Below, piece after piece: positions 48,015 to 57,771 of a DNA stretch of 64,000 nucleotides (its first letter is position 1; every line of letters begins with the position of its first letter). The stretch covers positions 1,696,001 through 1,760,000 of the forward strand of contig OZ244034.1 in assembly GCA_965215185.1 (NCBI GenBank), written 5' to 3'. This stretch comes from Acidimicrobiia bacterium. Its GTDB lineage: Bacteria > Actinomycetota > Acidimicrobiia > Spongiisociales > ZC4RG35. The notes below the pieces were generated by a model that saw only the letters and a list, made by a program, of their open reading frames with translations, searched no databases and had not been told where the DNA came from. The translations under genes were made by a program, and so were the position numbers.

Positions 48015-48434
48015 GTGATCGATCAAGAAACAATCGCCAGTCTGCTGCACAGCACCCGCTCGGCCACCCTGGGGACCGTCGACGAGCGGGGCCGGCCTCA
48101 CCTGGTTCCGATCGTCTTCGCATACCACGATGGCCGTCTTTACACGGCGGTGGACCAAAAGCCCAAATCCACCTACCGGCTGAAACGGCTACGCAACATC
48201 GAAGCCAACTCCCGCGTTTCGGTGCTGGTGGACCATTACGACGACGACTGGACCCGTCTGTGGTGGATAAGGATCGACGGCACGGCCCAGGTGATTGGAG
48301 CAGGCCCACGTTTTGAGAAGGGGATTGCCCTTCTCACTGCCAAATACGAACCCTACGCCGCCCAACCGCCTCCCGGACCGGTCATCGAAGTGCGAATCAA
48401 GACAATACGCTCTTGGTCGGCTAGGTCGGCTTGA
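48015..48434 (+). CDS. PPOX-class, probably F420-dependent, split-barrel protein
   Basis: PHLVPIVFA, VDQKPK, RLRNIEAN, LWWIRIDG; start refined to GTG 48015. Confidence 0.88.
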   Translation: MIDQETIASLLHSTRSATLGTVDERGRPHLVPIVFAYHDGRLYTAVDQKPKSTYRLKRLRNIEANSRVSVLVDHYDDDWTRLWWIRIDGTAQVIGAGPRFEKGIALLTAKYEPYAAQPPPGPVIEVRIKTIRSWSARSA

Positions 48435-49319
48435 CGATCACCTCCCGGCCGGGAGTCTCCGGCTTGTCATCGGTCATCTCTGCGGGAAAGCCGGGGGCGA
48501 GGACCGACGCCCCCGGTGGCCTCCTCCAGGCGTCTGATCACGTTTGGGGACCACTCTCTGTCCCCGTAGCGAACTGCGGCATCGTCGAAATATGTCGACC
48601 AGCACCGGCGCCGGTTCCAGGGGCACGCCGCATCGGTCGGCTACCGACGCGAACAGGGACAAGTCTTTTTGACTAAGTGCATGGTGAAGTTGATGTTGCG
48701 GCTGCCGTTGAGGATCACCTGGCTCTCGGTTTCGTGAACGAACGAGTTGCCCGACGAGATGCGGATGGCCTCGTAGGCAGTGTTCAGGTCGATGCCGGAC
48801 CGCTGTGATCAAAGCTTCGCACAGGGACACCAGGTTGGCGGTAGCCAGGTAGTTGGTGACCACCTTGAGGATCGAGGCTGAGCCCACCGACCGGTGTGCA
48901 GAATGTGGCGGCCCATCGTGACCAGGACCGGCAGGATCCGCTCGAAAGTAAACCGGTCGCACCCAGCGAAGATGGAGATGTTGCCGGTGGCGGCCCGATG
49001 ACACCCGCCCGACACTGGGCAGTCCACCGCCGACCTGCCTGCTGTGGTCACCAACCCGGCTAGGCGTCTCACCTCGGCCTCGTCGGCCTCCATCACCGCC
49101 GCACTGATCGCCGGGCTGGGAAGGCAGGTGATGATTACATCAACCTCGGCCGCCATCTCGGCGGGGCTGTCGGCCCAGCCCGCTCCGTCGGCCTCCAATT
49201 GCGCAGCCGCCGATCTGTCAAGGTCCCGAACGACCAGGTCGAACCCGTTTCGCAGCAAGCTCTCGACCAGCTTGGATCCCACATTGCCCAACCCGATGAA
49301 GCCCACTCTCCCGGTTCAT
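48421..49319 (-). pseudogene. 3-hydroxyisobutyrate dehydrogenase-family NAD(P) oxidoreductase pseudogene
   Basis: GFIGLGNVG, DCPVSGG, LKVVTNYL, SSGNSFVHETE and KDL fall in different frames (about four frameshifts); the usual xxST segment before DEAEV is missing. Confidence 0.85.
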
Positions 49320-49427
49320 CCTCCACATTCTTTTTCTGACCACCAGATTCGAACACAAGATCGGCGAACTGCCGGCTTGCTGTCGGCGTGCGGCGAGGCT
49401 CTTGTTGGTTGTCCTCGCCGGGCTGTG

Positions 49428-49733
49428 TCACTCCGGAAGGCCCTTGGACATAAGCGGTCGGCAAAAAGAGACCTCCAGATCACTGGCCAGAAGTCCCGCC
49501 ATCTCGGCCACGGCCCCGGCCGCCCATTCGGCATGGGCCGCCAACGCCTCCCGATCGGCGTACACCTCATAGGCCCAGAAGGTATCGGGGTTGCGAAAGT
49601 CGACCTGCCAGGAGAAAACCAGCGTCCCCTCTTCCTCCTTCACCCTTGCGAAGTGCTCAGCCAATCGCGCCCGCAGTTCTTCTCGCTTGCCCTCCGCGGC
49701 CACCAGCTTCGCAACAACGGCAATACGGCTCAT
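49428..49733 (-). CDS. ABM/putative quinol monooxygenase family protein
   Basis: VAKLVAAEGK, EEGT, YEVYADREAL..H. Confidence 0.85.
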   Translation of the reverse strand: MSRIAVVAKLVAAEGKREELRARLAEHFARVKEEEGTLVFSWQVDFRNPDTFWAYEVYADREALAAHAEWAAGAVAEMAGLLASDLEVSFCRPLMSKGLPE

Positions 49734-50238
49734 ACCAACTGAAATCCTAGCTGCCTGCCCCCTTCAGCCGCAGCCTGGGCACCTGCGGATCTGAACTGTG
49801 GTTAAGCCCAGTCGGTTAGAGAGAGTCTGGAAGCTGCCTTGACTCGTACGTCTTATGAAGGGGTTCTGGGGGGCTGCCATGGCGAGGCTGATTTGGGCAT
49901 TGCCGTCCCGCTGGGCGTGTCACAAGAGAGACTCGGCAGCACGGTCGGGTCACAAAGAGAGTTCATACTGTTACAGCCAAACACCGACACGGTCCGGGGC
50001 GGGGTCGCTCGGACCACATTAAGGGATCACACCGTCAAATACAGCAGGCCCAATCCCAGGCTGGGCGGAGAGCTTTGGGCCCATGGCAAGGTGGCGGCGG
50101 GGGAAGGCCCTGAAGGGTCCCACATTTTCGCGACTTTTGTCCGGCGAACCTCAGCGGTTGCCGTTGGTAATAGTGTCACGTTCTGAACGTTGGGCTGTTA
50201 TTCACCAGCCTCGCGAATGTCTCAGAGGCGGGACAGGG

Positions 50239-51435
50239 TTAGGTGGTGAGGATGCAGGCCGAGTTGTTGGCTTGGGCGCCGTAGACCTCGGTGATGGCTT
50301 TGCGGGCGCCTTCCACCTGGCGGGCGCCGGCGGTGCCTCGAAGTTGCCAGGTGACTTCCACAATCTGCAGGACTCCTTGGGCCATGGTTGCCTCTCCAAA
50401 GGAGGAGAATCCCCCGCTGGGGCACACCGGCAACTCGCCACCCAGGGCCGTGACGCCTTTGTCCAACAGCGTTTCTGCCTCGCCCTCCCCGCAAAAGCCC
50501 ATGGTCTCCAGATACTGCAGCTCATGCCAGGAGGAGTTGTCGGGCAATTCCACAAAATCCATGTCTTCGGGTCCCAGGCCAGCCTGCTCGTAGGCCATGT
50601 GTGCCGCCAAACGGCTTTCCGACAGCAACGGTGCGGTGGCGGCGCCATCAGAAGTGGCCGACAACAGCGGGATCCGGATAGTGGGATCGCCGAACTCTCC
50701 ACTGGCAAGCGAGCAAGCCGCCACCTTCACGAGAGGGCGAATACCCAGCCGGCGGGCTTTGTCGCCGCTCACCAACATCACAGCTGCAGCTCCGTCGGAG
50801 GTGGCGCAGATCTCCAGCAGGCGAAGAGGGTCACATACCATGGGCGAGGCAAGCACCTGCTCCAAAGTGAAGGCTTTCTGATAGCGGGCGTAGGGATTGA
50901 GCGACCCGTGCTTGGAGTTTTTGACCTTCACTTTGGCAAGATGTTCGTCGGTGGAACCGTACGCCTCCATGCGCTTTCGCATTTCCAGCGCCCAGTAGGC
51001 GGGGTTGGGGACTCCCACCTGCCAGCGAACCATGTCGACGGGGGGACGGGGCTCGTCGGCCAGCACCGGCACACTAGGAAAATATCCCTTGGGGGACTTG
51101 TCGGTTCCGATCACCAGCACCGAATCGTGCATCCCCGAGGTGATCATGGCATAGGCCGCTCTCATCAAAGAACCCCCCGAGGCGCAGGCGTTGTTGATGT
51201 TGGCGATGGGTATGCCGGTCTCGCCCACCGCGGCGGCAATGGTGTTGCCCGATCTCATCCCGGTGGACCCTCCCCACTGCATGGCGCCCGAGACCATCGA
51301 CTCCACCTCCGTCCACTCCATTCCGGCGTCAGCCACTGCCTCCATGGCCACCTCGGCGCCCATCTCCACCCAGCTCTTTTGGGGGAACTTCCCCCAGGGA
51401 TGAAGTCCCACCCCGGCCACTATCACATCAGTCAT
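50239..51435 (-). CDS. SCP2-type thiolase-like (lipid-transfer) protein
   Basis: GLHPWGK, NNACASG, SDGAAA, PSGG..SFGE, QLRG.AGARQV. Confidence 0.9.
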   Translation of the reverse strand: MTDVIVAGVGLHPWGKFPQKSWVEMGAEVAMEAVADAGMEWTEVESMVSGAMQWGGSTGMRSGNTIAAAVGETGIPIANINNACASGGSLMRAAYAMITSGMHDSVLVIGTDKSPKGYFPSVPVLADEPRPPVDMVRWQVGVPNPAYWALEMRKRMEAYGSTDEHLAKVKVKNSKHGSLNPYARYQKAFTLEQVLASPMVCDPLRLLEICATSDGAAAVMLVSGDKARRLGIRPLVKVAACSLASGEFGDPTIRIPLLSATSDGAATAPLLSESRLAAHMAYEQAGLGPEDMDFVELPDNSSWHELQYLETMGFCGEGEAETLLDKGVTALGGELPVCPSGGFSSFGEATMAQGVLQIVEVTWQLRGTAGARQVEGARKAITEVYGAQANNSACILTT

Positions 51436-51862
51436 CGTTGCTTTCCTCCCGACAAGGACGGAACTTCCAACCGATCACCTCACCCGAGTAGTCGGTGTAG
51501 TAGGGGGCGATCACCGTCTCCATCGCCATCCCCATCCGAAGTTGGTCGACCCTGGCCTCCGCCAAGGGACCCACCACCTGGATGCCCTCGGCGGCGAACT
51601 CCACTTCCACCACCGTGATCGGCTCGAAGGGAACGGGTGCCACAAACGGCGGCGGGGGCGGGAAGTGAACGGTGGTCCAGCTGGCCAGTCGCCCGGTACG
51701 AGAAATGGGGGTGGGCGACACATCTTTGTCTGAGCAACGGGGATTCGGACAGGTAAAACTGGCCGGGAACGCCACCGTCTCACAGGAACGGCATCGGCTT
51801 CCCACCAGGGCAGGCTCAGGGTCGGAGACGAAAGAGCCTTCAAGAACTGGGGTTTGTTTCAC
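51428..51862 (-). CDS. DUF35 Zn-ribbon/OB-fold protein (thiolase partner)
   Basis: CRSC....FP....CPNPRC; overlaps thiolase start. Confidence 0.92.
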   Translation of the reverse strand: MKQTPVLEGSFVSDPEPALVGSRCRSCETVAFPASFTCPNPRCSDKDVSPTPISRTGRLASWTTVHFPPPPPFVAPVPFEPITVVEVEFAAEGIQVVGPLAEARVDQLRMGMAMETVIAPYYTDYSGEVIGWKFRPCREESNDD

Positions 51863-51902
51863 TGATTCACCAATCTACCCCGCTCCCCTGCCAGGTGGCC
51901 AA

Positions 51903-52820
51903 TCACCCACCGTTTCGGTAGGCCTCCATGAAGTCTTCCATGGCAGCCAGATGCTGATCCACGGTGAAGTCATATCCGATCGTTCCCAGGAAAGCATGGG
52001 TCACCCCGGCCTTGTCCCACTCCCGGGAGCGGTGGGCGTACTCGGCGGGGTCCCAAGGGACCAGACCCGTGAATCCCACCTCCCCTACCAGCATCCCCAC
52101 TCCGATCTCAGAAGGATCCCTGCCTTTCTGGCGGGCGGCTTCCTCCACCACCTTCAACCGGTTGCGAAGACCCACAGGGTTTCCGGTGCGGTCGGGAAGA
52201 TGAGCGGTTACCGGAGAACCAGCCGAAGCAAGCCAGCCGTCTGCCAACCAGCCGATCCGTCTCAGCACCGGATCGGCCCACCCTCCGATCCAGAGGGGGA
52301 TACGCCGGTTGGGACGGTGGTTGATCCCCGCCGCCACCACCTGATCGAACTCGCCCTCAAAGGTGACCAACTCTTCTTCCCACAATCTGCGCAGCAGCAT
52401 GACCTGCTCTTCGAACCGCCGGCCCCGGGTGCCGAAATCCTGGCCCAGAGCCTGGTATTCGACCTGGTTCCAACCCACACCAACTCCCAGGGTGAACCTC
52501 TCCCCGGACAACAGGTCCAAGGTGGCGGCTTGTTTGGCCACCAGGGCGGTCTGCCGCTGCGGCAGAACCAGCACTCCCAACCACAACTCGATGCGGGTGG
52601 TGATCCCCGCCATGTAACCGAACAGAACAAAAGGCTCGTGAAAAGTCGTCTCATATGTGTAGGGACCGGTGAGCACATGGCGGGAAGGGTCGGCCCCCAG
52701 CACATGCTCGTAGGTGAGGATCGAGTCGAAGCCCAACCCTTCGGCGGTCTCCGTCCAGGCCCGTACCGCCGCCGGATCCGAGCCGATCTCGGTCTGGGGG
52801 AAAACCACTCCGATGTCCAT
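51903..52820 (-). CDS. LLM-class F420-dependent oxidoreductase
   Basis: GVVFPQTE, FHEPFVL, LPQRQTALVAKQAA, GVGWN..EY. Confidence 0.92.
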   Translation of the reverse strand: MDIGVVFPQTEIGSDPAAVRAWTETAEGLGFDSILTYEHVLGADPSRHVLTGPYTYETTFHEPFVLFGYMAGITTRIELWLGVLVLPQRQTALVAKQAATLDLLSGERFTLGVGVGWNQVEYQALGQDFGTRGRRFEEQVMLLRRLWEEELVTFEGEFDQVVAAGINHRPNRRIPLWIGGWADPVLRRIGWLADGWLASAGSPVTAHLPDRTGNPVGLRNRLKVVEEAARQKGRDPSEIGVGMLVGEVGFTGLVPWDPAEYAHRSREWDKAGVTHAFLGTIGYDFTVDQHLAAMEDFMEAYRNGG

Positions 52821-52830
52821 GGAGGTTCTC

Positions 52831-54381
52831 CTACGCCTGCTCGGCGGCGTACATGTCCCTGAGTTCACCCTTGAGAATCTTCCCGGACGGGTTGCGAGGA
52901 ATCACGTCAATAGTCCCCACCGAGGTCGGGCACTTGTAATGGGCGATGCGGCTGCGGCAGAACTCGATGATCTCGGCCTCGGTGGGCGCCTCGTCGCCGG
53001 CCGCCACAATCACCGCCCGGGGAGTCTCACCCCACTTGGCGCTGGGTACGCCGATCACCGCCACATCAGACACTCCCGGGTGCTCCATCAGCACATTCTC
53101 CACCTCGGCTGGGTAGATGTTCTCCCCACCAGAGATGATCATGTCCTTGATTCGGTCTCGGATGTACAGGAATCCGTCAGCGTCCAGCGATCCGGCGTCG
53201 CCGGTGCGCATCCACCCCTCGGCGTTGATGGTCTCGGCGGTGGCTCGCGGGTTCTTCCAATAGCCGCTCATCAGCTGAGGGGAGCGCAGCCAGATCTCGC
53301 CCACCTCGTCCGCGGCCAGATCCTCGGTGCTGACCGGGTCCACGATCCGAAGGTCCACGTTGGCGTGCGGTCGGCCCACCGACAAAAGCCGGTAGGCGTA
53401 AGGGCCGCCGGGATCGTGCTCGTCGGGATGAAGCGTCGTAACCCCGTTGCAGGACTCGGTGAGCCCGTACACCCCCGCGAAATCACAGCCCAGCACGTCC
53501 ATGGACTTGCGGAGGACCTCTTCGGAGATGGGCGACCCTCCGTAGACGATGGTTCGAAGCGCCGAGAAGTCCGCTTCGGCCACTCCCGGCACCTCCAGCA
53601 TGAATTGGAGAAGCACCGGCACCAGAAAAGCGTTGGAGATCCGGTGTCGAATCACCAGGTCCATCAGCAGCGAGGGGATGTTGTCACGGGCGATGATGGA
53701 GGTGTTGCCGTTGTACAACCCCAGCGTCGACCATCCCACGCCACCGATGTGGAACATGGGAAGGTTGACCAGGTTCACCGAGTCGCCGTCGAAGCCCCAC
53801 ATGGGAGAGCAGGTCCGCTTCAACTCCATGAAGGCGTCGTTGGGAATCATCGCCCCCTTCGGGAACCCGGTGGTGCCCGAAGAGAAAAGCAGAAACACAG
53901 TGTCATCTGCTCCCGCGCCTCCGTCCGGGTCGTCGGCGGGATAGCTGTCCCGCCACTCCTCGAACGACTGGTGGCTCTCGTGGCCTCCCACCACCAGAAT
54001 CTTTTGCACGGTGGCGAGGTCGCCAGCGATCTCGTCCAGCACCGGGACATACTCCTGCCCCACTACCAGCAGCTTGATCTCGGCGTCATTGACAACCCCG
54101 GTGATCTCCCGCGGGGAGAGCCGCCAATTGATACCGGCATGCACCGCTCCCAACTTGGCGGCCCCGAACAAGAAATCGAAGAATTCCATGCAGTTTTTGT
54201 CCAGGAACCCCACATGGTCCCCGTGTCCCACCCCGGCGGCGGCCATGGCGTTGGCGGTGCGGTTGGAACGCTCATCCAATTCGACGAAGGTGACTGCCTC
54301 AGTTTCGTAGACCAGTGCGGTCTTATCGGGTTGAAGGGCGGCGTGGTGCCGGACGACCCCGGCGATGTTGTTGATGCTCAT
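52831..54381 (-). CDS. Long-chain fatty acid--CoA ligase
   Basis: FSSGTTGFPKG, YGLTE, RTGD, SGGENIYP, GKILK. Confidence 0.94.
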   Translation of the reverse strand: MSINNIAGVVRHHAALQPDKTALVYETEAVTFVELDERSNRTANAMAAAGVGHGDHVGFLDKNCMEFFDFLFGAAKLGAVHAGINWRLSPREITGVVNDAEIKLLVVGQEYVPVLDEIAGDLATVQKILVVGGHESHQSFEEWRDSYPADDPDGGAGADDTVFLLFSSGTTGFPKGAMIPNDAFMELKRTCSPMWGFDGDSVNLVNLPMFHIGGVGWSTLGLYNGNTSIIARDNIPSLLMDLVIRHRISNAFLVPVLLQFMLEVPGVAEADFSALRTIVYGGSPISEEVLRKSMDVLGCDFAGVYGLTESCNGVTTLHPDEHDPGGPYAYRLLSVGRPHANVDLRIVDPVSTEDLAADEVGEIWLRSPQLMSGYWKNPRATAETINAEGWMRTGDAGSLDADGFLYIRDRIKDMIISGGENIYPAEVENVLMEHPGVSDVAVIGVPSAKWGETPRAVIVAAGDEAPTEAEIIEFCRSRIAHYKCPTSVGTIDVIPRNPSGKILKGELRDMYAAEQA

Positions 54382-54437
54382 GTGGACGGCTCCCAGTGGC
54401 TAAGACGTGTCTTACAAATTGATCTTCGATCCCGGGG

Positions 54438-55778
54438 TCACCATTCCATGGTGCCGGCCTGCTCCAATGCACGGTCGACCATTCCCACCATGGTGTCGAT
54501 GTCCGAACGTGTTGAAATCAAAGGCGGGCACAACATAATCTTGGGTTCTCCCCGGTCGTCGGCCCGAGTGTAGAGACCTGCTTCCATCATCAGAGGAGGG
54601 AGGGTCTGTTTCAGCAACACGTCGGTCTGCTCGGCAGTGAGGCGCCGTCCGGTTTCCCGATCAGCGGTCAACTCCACGGCGTAGAAGAACCCCATTCCCC
54701 GCACATCGCTCACCATGCGATGCCCAGCGGCCATCCGCTCCAACTGATTGCGAAAATGACCGGCCAGACCGCGCACGTTGCCCACCACATCCTCATCACG
54801 AAGCGCAGTCAGGTTGGCGACCGCGGTGGCGGCCACCACCGGATGGCCACCCCAGGTCGCTCCGTGATTGAAGGTGCCGATGTGCGAATCCATCAGTTCC
54901 TCGAAAACCGGCTGGCGAATCAACAGGCCGCCGATGGGAGCATATGAGGAGGTGGCTCCCTTGGCGAAGGTGAGCAGATCCGGGACCACTCCCATCACCT
55001 GCGACCCGAACCACTCCCCCAGGCGCCCGAACCCGTTGATGACCTCATCCGCGCAGAGCAGCACCCCGTATTTGTCACAGATGCGACGCAGTTCCTGCCA
55101 GTAGCCGACGGGAGGAACTATCGCGCCTCCGCCGTTCTGCACCGGCTCGGCCAGCACCATCGCCACCGTCTCGGGTCCCTCCTCCAATATGGCCTGCTCC
55201 ACGCAGGCCGCCGCCTCCACTCCGTCGGTGAACCCCAACGTGTTGGGGACTTTGCGGAATCCATAAAGCAGCGGTCCGTAGGCTTCCCGAATGCCGGGCA
55301 GGCCGGTGGCCGACAGGGCGCCCAGGGTGGTGCCGTGATAGGACAGGTTGCGGCTTATCACCTTCACCCGACGAGGCTCGTTGCGCGCCGAGTGATACTG
55401 GCGTGAGAATTTGATGGCCGACTCCACAGCCTCTGACCCGGAACTGACCAGGAACACCACGTCCAGGTCGCCAGGCGCCAGGGAGGCGATCAGATTGGAG
55501 GCTTCGATGGTGGCGGGGGTGGTCGCCGACCAGGAGGGCGTGTAGGCGAGGGTCTTCATTTGTTCCCCGGCCGCCGCGGCGATGTCCCCGCGGCCATGAC
55601 CGATCTGGACCGAGAACAACCCGGCCAGGCCGTCGATGTAGGAATTCCCGTCCTGGTCCCAGATGCGGATGCCCTCTCCTCTGACCCAAATTGGTGCTCC
55701 TCCACTTCGCCACAGCTTCCCAGCGGTGAAATGCAAAGCGGTGTGGGCCAGGGAGTTGGTGGTGAGCGTGGTGGTCAT
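54438..55778 (-). CDS. Class III PLP aminotransferase, probable taurine aminotransferase
   Basis: SGSEAVE, YHG, EPVQ, DEVINGFGR, TFAKG; substrate inferred from position directly downstream of xsc. Confidence 0.8.
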   Translation of the reverse strand: MTTTLTTNSLAHTALHFTAGKLWRSGGAPIWVRGEGIRIWDQDGNSYIDGLAGLFSVQIGHGRGDIAAAAGEQMKTLAYTPSWSATTPATIEASNLIASLAPGDLDVVFLVSSGSEAVESAIKFSRQYHSARNEPRRVKVISRNLSYHGTTLGALSATGLPGIREAYGPLLYGFRKVPNTLGFTDGVEAAACVEQAILEEGPETVAMVLAEPVQNGGGAIVPPVGYWQELRRICDKYGVLLCADEVINGFGRLGEWFGSQVMGVVPDLLTFAKGATSSYAPIGGLLIRQPVFEELMDSHIGTFNHGATWGGHPVVAATAVANLTALRDEDVVGNVRGLAGHFRNQLERMAAGHRMVSDVRGMGFFYAVELTADRETGRRLTAEQTDVLLKQTLPPLMMEAGLYTRADDRGEPKIMLCPPLISTRSDIDTMVGMVDRALEQAGTMEW

Positions 55779-55796
55779 ATAGACATTCTCCTCTTG

Positions 55797-57530
55797 CTAT
55801 TGATTAGCGGCCAGATGCCGATAGCGGTCTAGGTGCCTCACCGGCTGTTGCAGGGCGTCGCGGCGGAAAGGCTCGGCCAATTCTTCGGGGTCAACCATCA
55901 CCTCCACCACGGTGGCCACTTCCGGATCAAGCGATTCCCCGAAAGCGTCCTTCAGGTCGGCGGGATCGGTAACCCTGATCCCCCGTCCTCCCATGGCGGT
56001 GGCGATTTCCGCAAAATTGAACCCTCCCAACTGGTGTCCGATGTTGGTACCCACGAAACGGTCGTCGTAGAAGTCGATCTGGTTGCGCTTCTCCGCTCCC
56101 CACTGCTGGTTATTGAAAACCACCGCCGTCACCGGCAGGTCCTCCTCCACGGCGGTCATCACCTCACTGAGGCTCATCCCCCACGCTCCGTCGCCGACGA
56201 TGGCGAACACCGGAGACTTGGGCGAAGCCAGCTTGGCGCCCAGCGCCCCCGGATAGGCGAAACCGCAGTTGCCAAAACCCATGGCGGCCATAAACCGCCG
56301 GGGCTTGGTGAACCGCAGATAACCATTGGAGACCGAACAGATATTTCCTATGTCGGTGGTGACAAAGGTGTCATCGGTGAGCGTCGCCGCCAACTCGCTC
56401 AGAGCCCGTCGCGGGCTAATAAGAGTGGCGTCGGAAGCCGAGCGGGAGGACAGCTCCTTGTCCCAACTGGCTTTGGTTGCCGCAATGTGGTCCATCCGCG
56501 CCTGATCCACCGGCCGGTCACCCACACTGGCCGCCAGCCGGGCCGAAATAGCCTCGGCCGCTTGGCGGGCGTCGGCGATGATCCCCAACTCGATGGGCTT
56601 GGAACGGCCCAGTTGCTCGGGGTCTATGTCGATCTGCACCACCTTGGCCGATCGTGGATAGAAATCCAGGCCGTACTGGGGAACCGTTCCGAACACGTTG
56701 ATCCGGCAGCCCAACATCAAAACCACATCGGCTTCCGACAAAAGCTCCATAGCCGCCCTCGAACCCATGTAGCCCAACGGTCCCACCGAGAGGGGATGGG
56801 TATAGGGGAAGGCGTCGTTGTGCAGGTAGGAGGCGGCCACGGGGGCGCCGAGTTGCTCGGCCAGCCGGGCGGTCTGCTGGTAGGCGTCAGACAGCACCAC
56901 CCCATATCCGGCCACGATCACCGGGCGGCGAGCCTCGGCCAGCAGGGCCGCGGCCTTGTCCAGCAGGGCGGGGTCGCCGGCTCCGCGCTCGCCGGAACGG
57001 TACTGGTTGGGTTCCAGAATCTCCTCATGGGATTCCCCGTAGAAGAAATCGCGGGGAATGTCAACCTGCACCGGCCCCAGATGGGCCATGGCCATCCGGA
57101 AGGCGGTCCTCATCGATTCGGCCATCCGATCAGGACGGGGAACCTGCAATTGAAATTTGGTGATAGAACGGAAAATGGAGAGTTGTTCCACCTCTTGGAA
57201 CCCGTCCAGTCCAACCGATCCCGAAGTCGCCGAGGGAGTGATGATCACCATCGGAGAGTGGGCGTGATAGGCAGCGGCGATCCCGGTGACCATATTGGTG
57301 ATCCCCGGACCGTTTTGGGCGGTGCAGACCGAGGGGCGGCCGGTGGCCCGAGCGTAGGTGTCGGCCATATGAGCGGCGTTCTGCTCATGGCGGACCGGTA
57401 AAAACCGGATGCCCGCCGCCGGGAAGAGATCAAGGGCGTCCATAAAGGCCGATCCCACGATTCCGGGAACAGTGGTTACTCCCTCCACTCTGAGGGTCTC
57501 AACCAAGGCCTCGCTGGGGGTCATCACCAT
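55797..57530 (-). CDS. xsc: Sulfoacetaldehyde acetyltransferase
   Basis: MTPSEALVE, GIVGSAFMD, QNGPGITN, TDIGNICS, GDGAWGMS, WGAEKRNQ, PFRRDAL are Xsc signatures. Confidence 0.93.
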   Translation of the reverse strand: MVMTPSEALVETLRVEGVTTVPGIVGSAFMDALDLFPAAGIRFLPVRHEQNAAHMADTYARATGRPSVCTAQNGPGITNMVTGIAAAYHAHSPMVIITPSATSGSVGLDGFQEVEQLSIFRSITKFQLQVPRPDRMAESMRTAFRMAMAHLGPVQVDIPRDFFYGESHEEILEPNQYRSGERGAGDPALLDKAAALLAEARRPVIVAGYGVVLSDAYQQTARLAEQLGAPVAASYLHNDAFPYTHPLSVGPLGYMGSRAAMELLSEADVVLMLGCRINVFGTVPQYGLDFYPRSAKVVQIDIDPEQLGRSKPIELGIIADARQAAEAISARLAASVGDRPVDQARMDHIAATKASWDKELSSRSASDATLISPRRALSELAATLTDDTFVTTDIGNICSVSNGYLRFTKPRRFMAAMGFGNCGFAYPGALGAKLASPKSPVFAIVGDGAWGMSLSEVMTAVEEDLPVTAVVFNNQQWGAEKRNQIDFYDDRFVGTNIGHQLGGFNFAEIATAMGGRGIRVTDPADLKDAFGESLDPEVATVVEVMVDPEELAEPFRRDALQQPVRHLDRYRHLAANQ

Positions 57531-57753
57531 TGGTTTCTCCTAATGCAATAGACGTGGTGCTTAAAACTACTAGAGCCGCTGTGTGATTAGGCCCCCAGGC
57601 TGAGATCCTATGTCAAATCTTGGGGCTTTTGGCTGTGGAGGTGGGTCCAGATGCGGTTTCGGGGTTTGGCGTTTTGGGGCTCCGGTGGCTTCTCTTTTGG
57701 TTTCGGCGGTGGCGAGTTTGTTTCACCCAAAGGCGACGGATAGCTAGATCATC

Positions 57754-57771
57754 GAGCCGGTCGGTCGGCTC
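57754..57771 (-). terminator. Short hairpin after the SulP remnant stop
   Basis: GAGCCG-N6-CGGCTC adjacent to the TAA at 57772. Confidence 0.3.

Noticed and set aside
49839-50186. 115-aa ORF in the intergenic gap
   Set aside because: TTG start without RBS, no recognisable domain
52714-54573. 619-aa plus-strand ORF (likewise 55833-57401, 50083-51618, 59480-60655, 29315-30397, 16867-17928)
   Set aside because: Antisense shadows of well-supported genes, expected in high-GC DNA; no recognisable motifs
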